From: Candidatus Delongbacteria bacterium
GTDB lineage: Bacteria > CAIWAD01
Direction of reading: 5' to 3'
NCBI GenBank assembly: GCA_963663545.1
Contig: OY760505.1
Span: 992,001 to 1,056,000, forward strand
Length of the DNA: 64,000 bases
The notes under the pieces were generated by a model. The model made no database searches and was not told the origin of the DNA. It saw nothing but the letters and a program-made list of their open reading frames with translations. A program made the translations under genes and the position numbers. Numbering within the stretch: position 1 is the first letter of the stretch; every line of letters begins with the position of its first letter. Shown here one piece after another: positions 61,280 to 64,000 of the stretch.

Positions 61280-61353
61280 CTATTATGTGTCTAGCACCTT
61301 AGCTGCTTCGATCCTATGTTGTTGGGTTCTGCATCGACCCTATGGAGAAAGAA

Positions 61354-63612
61354 ATGATCCGCACTGCTCGCCTCCTCGCACTTAGTCTTCTGCTTACGTT
61401 GTGTGCAACCGCCGCAGAGGACCGGACAGTCTTCAACCCCGATAGCACCCTGACGGCTTTCACCGATACTCGCGATAACGAGGGAGGACCGGACAACTAC
61501 GGTCACACCTGGCGTAATTCCAATCACCCAGCAGGCCCAGCCTTCGATTGGATTGAGTTGGACGGTATCGGTACTCAGCTCGCGATGGTGGGCAACGCCG
61601 TCAGCGATGAAATCAACCTGGGCTTCGAGTTCCCATGGTATGGCGCGTATCAAAGCGGCATCTACATCAGTACAAATGGCTTGGTAGGCTTTACCCCCAA
61701 TGTGATCTCCTCGGCCAACCAGAATCTGCCCAACCCCGCTAATCCCAACGACCTAATCGCCGCCTTCTGGGACGATCTTGGCCCTGACGCTACCCACGGC
61801 AAAATCCTCTATCGTCGCTCGGGCGGTGCCTTCATTGTGGAATGGAAAGACATGCCGCGCGGCTCCAATCCGGAGTCGTCAACCTATACCTTCGAGCTGG
61901 TGCTGTACAATAATGGCAACATCCTGATTCAATGGCAGGAGATGAACGGAATCGTCAGCTCTTGCACGGTGGGTATTGAAAATGCAGACGCCAGCGATGC
62001 CATCACCTACCATATCAACACCATTGGTGAGGAAGTAGCTGCGGGCATGGCACTGATGTTCTACGGCCCCCTGGACTGCAGCCAAGTGGACTGCACGGGC
62101 TTGGAAAGTGAGTCTGAAGCCAACAATGGCTGGAATGATGGCCTGCTGATTGCGAATGAAATCTATAACGATGAACCGATGTGCGGCAGCATCAACCAGG
62201 GCGACGAAGACTGGTTCCGCTTCTATCACTATGGCGGCAACATCTATATTCGCAGCCAGATCTCGGAGTTCGATGCCATTATTGAGCTCTATCCCTACAC
62301 AGAAGGCGCAGAAGCGCTGGTGCATTCCAATGTTTTCGGCCGTTGCGGTAACGAAGCGCTGACGGGCACGGGGCTTAATCCCGGCGAATACGTGATACGC
62401 CTCTACTCCAACCCCGATAGCCTGGTGGAAGGGGAGCAGAGTTGGATGCTCAGCGTCAGCACGGTCGGCGACTGCTGTGACGATCCCAGCCCCGTTGAGT
62501 GTCTTGGCGACAATGAGCAAGAACCCAATGCTGGCTGGATGGCTGAACCCGCCAACGCCAGCTACAATGACATTCAACCGGGCATAAGCATGTGCGGAAG
62601 CGTGAGCGCCCACGACGGCAACAGGGACTACGACTGGTATCGCTTTGTCGTGGACGAGATCAGCGACGTGCACGTGGAAAGCGACGCAACCGGTTTTGAC
62701 ATGATGCTATTTGTCACGCCTTTTGATCCAAACGGCAGCATCCTTTTTGTGCAGGATTACGCTCCGCCCTGTTGCGGCGAGTTGATGAACCTCTCCTGGA
62801 TGGCTCCCGGAGAGTACTTCCTGGTGGTGAGTCACAATGACTGGACAGGTGTCCCTGTTCCACAGGAGTACAGCCTTACGTTGAACTTGTCTGCTTCGGC
62901 AAATGTCTCGGCATGCAACGTGATACGCACTTTGAGCGCAACCGAAATGGCCAGCGTCTATGCGGGCGATAGTCTGGTACTCGAGCTTGAAGCGCCGGAT
63001 CGTCCCCACGTGCAAGAAGCACTAAGTGATGAAGGCACAATTGCTTGTCCAGGCTTCGACCATGTTCTGGCGCTGGATCTGCAGCAGATGCCGCGCTCCA
63101 TTGAAATCACCGTTACCGGTACGCAGAACGCCGACGAAGTGCTCTGGTACACCTACGACTGCGTAACAGCAAGTGTCGCCTGCGAAGGTGCGGTAAACGC
63201 AAACGGAGCCGACTCTGGGGGCGAGCAACTTCTCTTGAGTTCACCCCAACTGACCTACCTGGGTTGCGATTTTGCACAGGAGGGAGCCAGCACGCCTCTT
63301 CGTGTCGTGCTGCGCGACATCAGCATTGATGTGCCTGAGCAAGCTACGCCAATGACCTTTGAGCTCCTGGGTGCCTATCCCAACCCCTTCAATCCCAGCA
63401 CCCAGATTCGCTGGCAGCAGGCGGCAGGCAAGGCGAAGCTGCGCATCTTTGATCTGACGGGCAGATTGGTTCTGGACGAGGACCTTGGTCCCTTGCAGGC
63501 GGGTTTGCAGCGCTTTACCTGGCGGGCCGGCGAGCAGGCCAGCGGCCTGTACCTGTTCCAGCTTGAGGCTGCAGGCAATGTTGCGACCGGAAAAATGATG
63601 CTACTCAAGTAA
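61354..63612 (+). CDS. Secreted multidomain protein (NIDO-like N-terminal part, PPC-like modules) with C-terminal T9SS-A-like domain
   Basis: Signal peptide; GGPDNYGHTW, LGFEFPWYG..ISTNG, IAAFWDDL; E(S/Q)E(A/P)N modules; YPNPFNPST...ASGLY...KMMLLK. Confidence 0.8.
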   Translation: MIRTARLLALSLLLTLCATAAEDRTVFNPDSTLTAFTDTRDNEGGPDNYGHTWRNSNHPAGPAFDWIELDGIGTQLAMVGNAVSDEINLGFEFPWYGAYQSGIYISTNGLVGFTPNVISSANQNLPNPANPNDLIAAFWDDLGPDATHGKILYRRSGGAFIVEWKDMPRGSNPESSTYTFELVLYNNGNILIQWQEMNGIVSSCTVGIENADASDAITYHINTIGEEVAAGMALMFYGPLDCSQVDCTGLESESEANNGWNDGLLIANEIYNDEPMCGSINQGDEDWFRFYHYGGNIYIRSQISEFDAIIELYPYTEGAEALVHSNVFGRCGNEALTGTGLNPGEYVIRLYSNPDSLVEGEQSWMLSVSTVGDCCDDPSPVECLGDNEQEPNAGWMAEPANASYNDIQPGISMCGSVSAHDGNRDYDWYRFVVDEISDVHVESDATGFDMMLFVTPFDPNGSILFVQDYAPPCCGELMNLSWMAPGEYFLVVSHNDWTGVPVPQEYSLTLNLSASANVSACNVIRTLSATEMASVYAGDSLVLELEAPDRPHVQEALSDEGTIACPGFDHVLALDLQQMPRSIEITVTGTQNADEVLWYTYDCVTASVACEGAVNANGADSGGEQLLLSSPQLTYLGCDFAQEGASTPLRVVLRDISIDVPEQATPMTFELLGAYPNPFNPSTQIRWQQAAGKAKLRIFDLTGRLVLDEDLGPLQAGLQRFTWRAGEQASGLYLFQLEAAGNVATGKMMLLK

Positions 63613-63658
63613 ATATCAGTGCGGGCGCTTCCTGCTCTCGCCTTCACCAAGCCATTCT

Positions 63659-63690
63659 AAGAGCGCCGCCTTCGGGCGGTGTTCTTCTTT
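63659..63690 (+). terminator. Intrinsic terminator with cUUCGg tetraloop
   Basis: AAGAGCGCCGCC-TTCG-GGCGGTGTTCTT followed by CTTT. Confidence 0.85.
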
Positions 63691-63941
63691 CCGTTGCTGT
63701 CCGACTACTTCTGCATTCAGAACTTCATCTTCTCCGGGTCCCAGTGAAATTCTAGAAATCGCTCAGCACTTGAAGCTTAATTCGTCATCACGGCAGTTTT
63801 GCAGGGTTAAGCCGAGTGTATACGGGACAGTCATTGCACTAGCACCATGGAAAGTAATTTTAATTATTTTATTATCCATATCTTACACTCTACCAGCGAA
63901 TCATGGTTGATATAAATTTTCATTTCTGGCTAAGATTTCGC

Positions 63942-63970
63942 TTGACAAACATGTCACAGGCTATTACTCT
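63942..63970 (+). promoter_or_regulatory. Sigma70-like promoter for a gene beyond the window
   Basis: TTGACA-N17-TACTCT preceded by an AT-rich tract (about 63850-63930). Confidence 0.55.
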
Positions 63971-64000
63971 ACCCGCTGTGCCAAAATCTGCATAACGACG

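Larger units (their letters stand above)
536..62926. repeat. Dispersed, highly iterated heptamer GTGATAC/GTATCAC
   Basis: About 94 copies by eye, e.g. 536, 1102, 1303, 2640, 2904, 5100, 5134, 11597, 11615, 11660, 19114, 19314, 21304, 21352, 34342, 34356, 34364, 36056, 36073, 49882, 49905, 53370, 53553, 53611, 53787, 53974, 62392, 62920. Confidence 0.9.

Noticed and set aside
536..62926. Heptamer as a CRISPR repeat, Chi/KOPS or matS
   Set aside because: Copies are not regularly spaced, occur on both strands in similar numbers, and differ in sequence from those elements.
63850..63930. AT-rich tract with TTATCCATA as a possible oriC
   Set aside because: A single mismatched DnaA-box-like 9-mer with no cluster; better explained as a promoter upstream region.

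Overview
GC-rich (about 55-60%) bacterial chromosomal segment. It is most likely from an FCB-group (Bacteroidota/Chlorobi/Calditrichota/Delongbacteria-like) lineage; this is inferred from 11 secreted proteins ending in a PNPFNPxT...L(L/M/V/A)K C-terminal (T9SS type A / FlgD-Ig-like) domain and a bacillithiol operon. Contents in order: a GAF/HD-GYP phosphodiesterase (truncated at the window edge), uvrA, a tandem array of six ~730-aa LVIVD-type beta-propeller secreted proteins, hemW, a degenerate rnfC-D-(E)-A-B cluster with no rnfG, nrdR-glyA-rpiB, a lipoprotein/OM-barrel/TPR trio, a Na+/H+ antiporter, ogt, a partial complex I operon (trxB-nuoEF-nuoJKLMN), further secreted proteins, sfsA, a CMD protein, SAM-methyltransferase-bshC-bshB1-bshA and hisS. 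The strongest unexplained signal is DNA-level. The heptamer GTGATAC/GTATCAC (usual context YGTGATACR) occurs about 94 times by manual count against about 6-8 expected. It appears on both strands and in several reading frames, with a halo of GTRWYAC variants and some inverted pairs. It resembles a HIP1- or DNA-uptake-sequence-like genome-wide iterated motif, and it matches no such motif known to me. All counts were made by eye. No rRNA, tRNA, CRISPR array or transposase was recognised.
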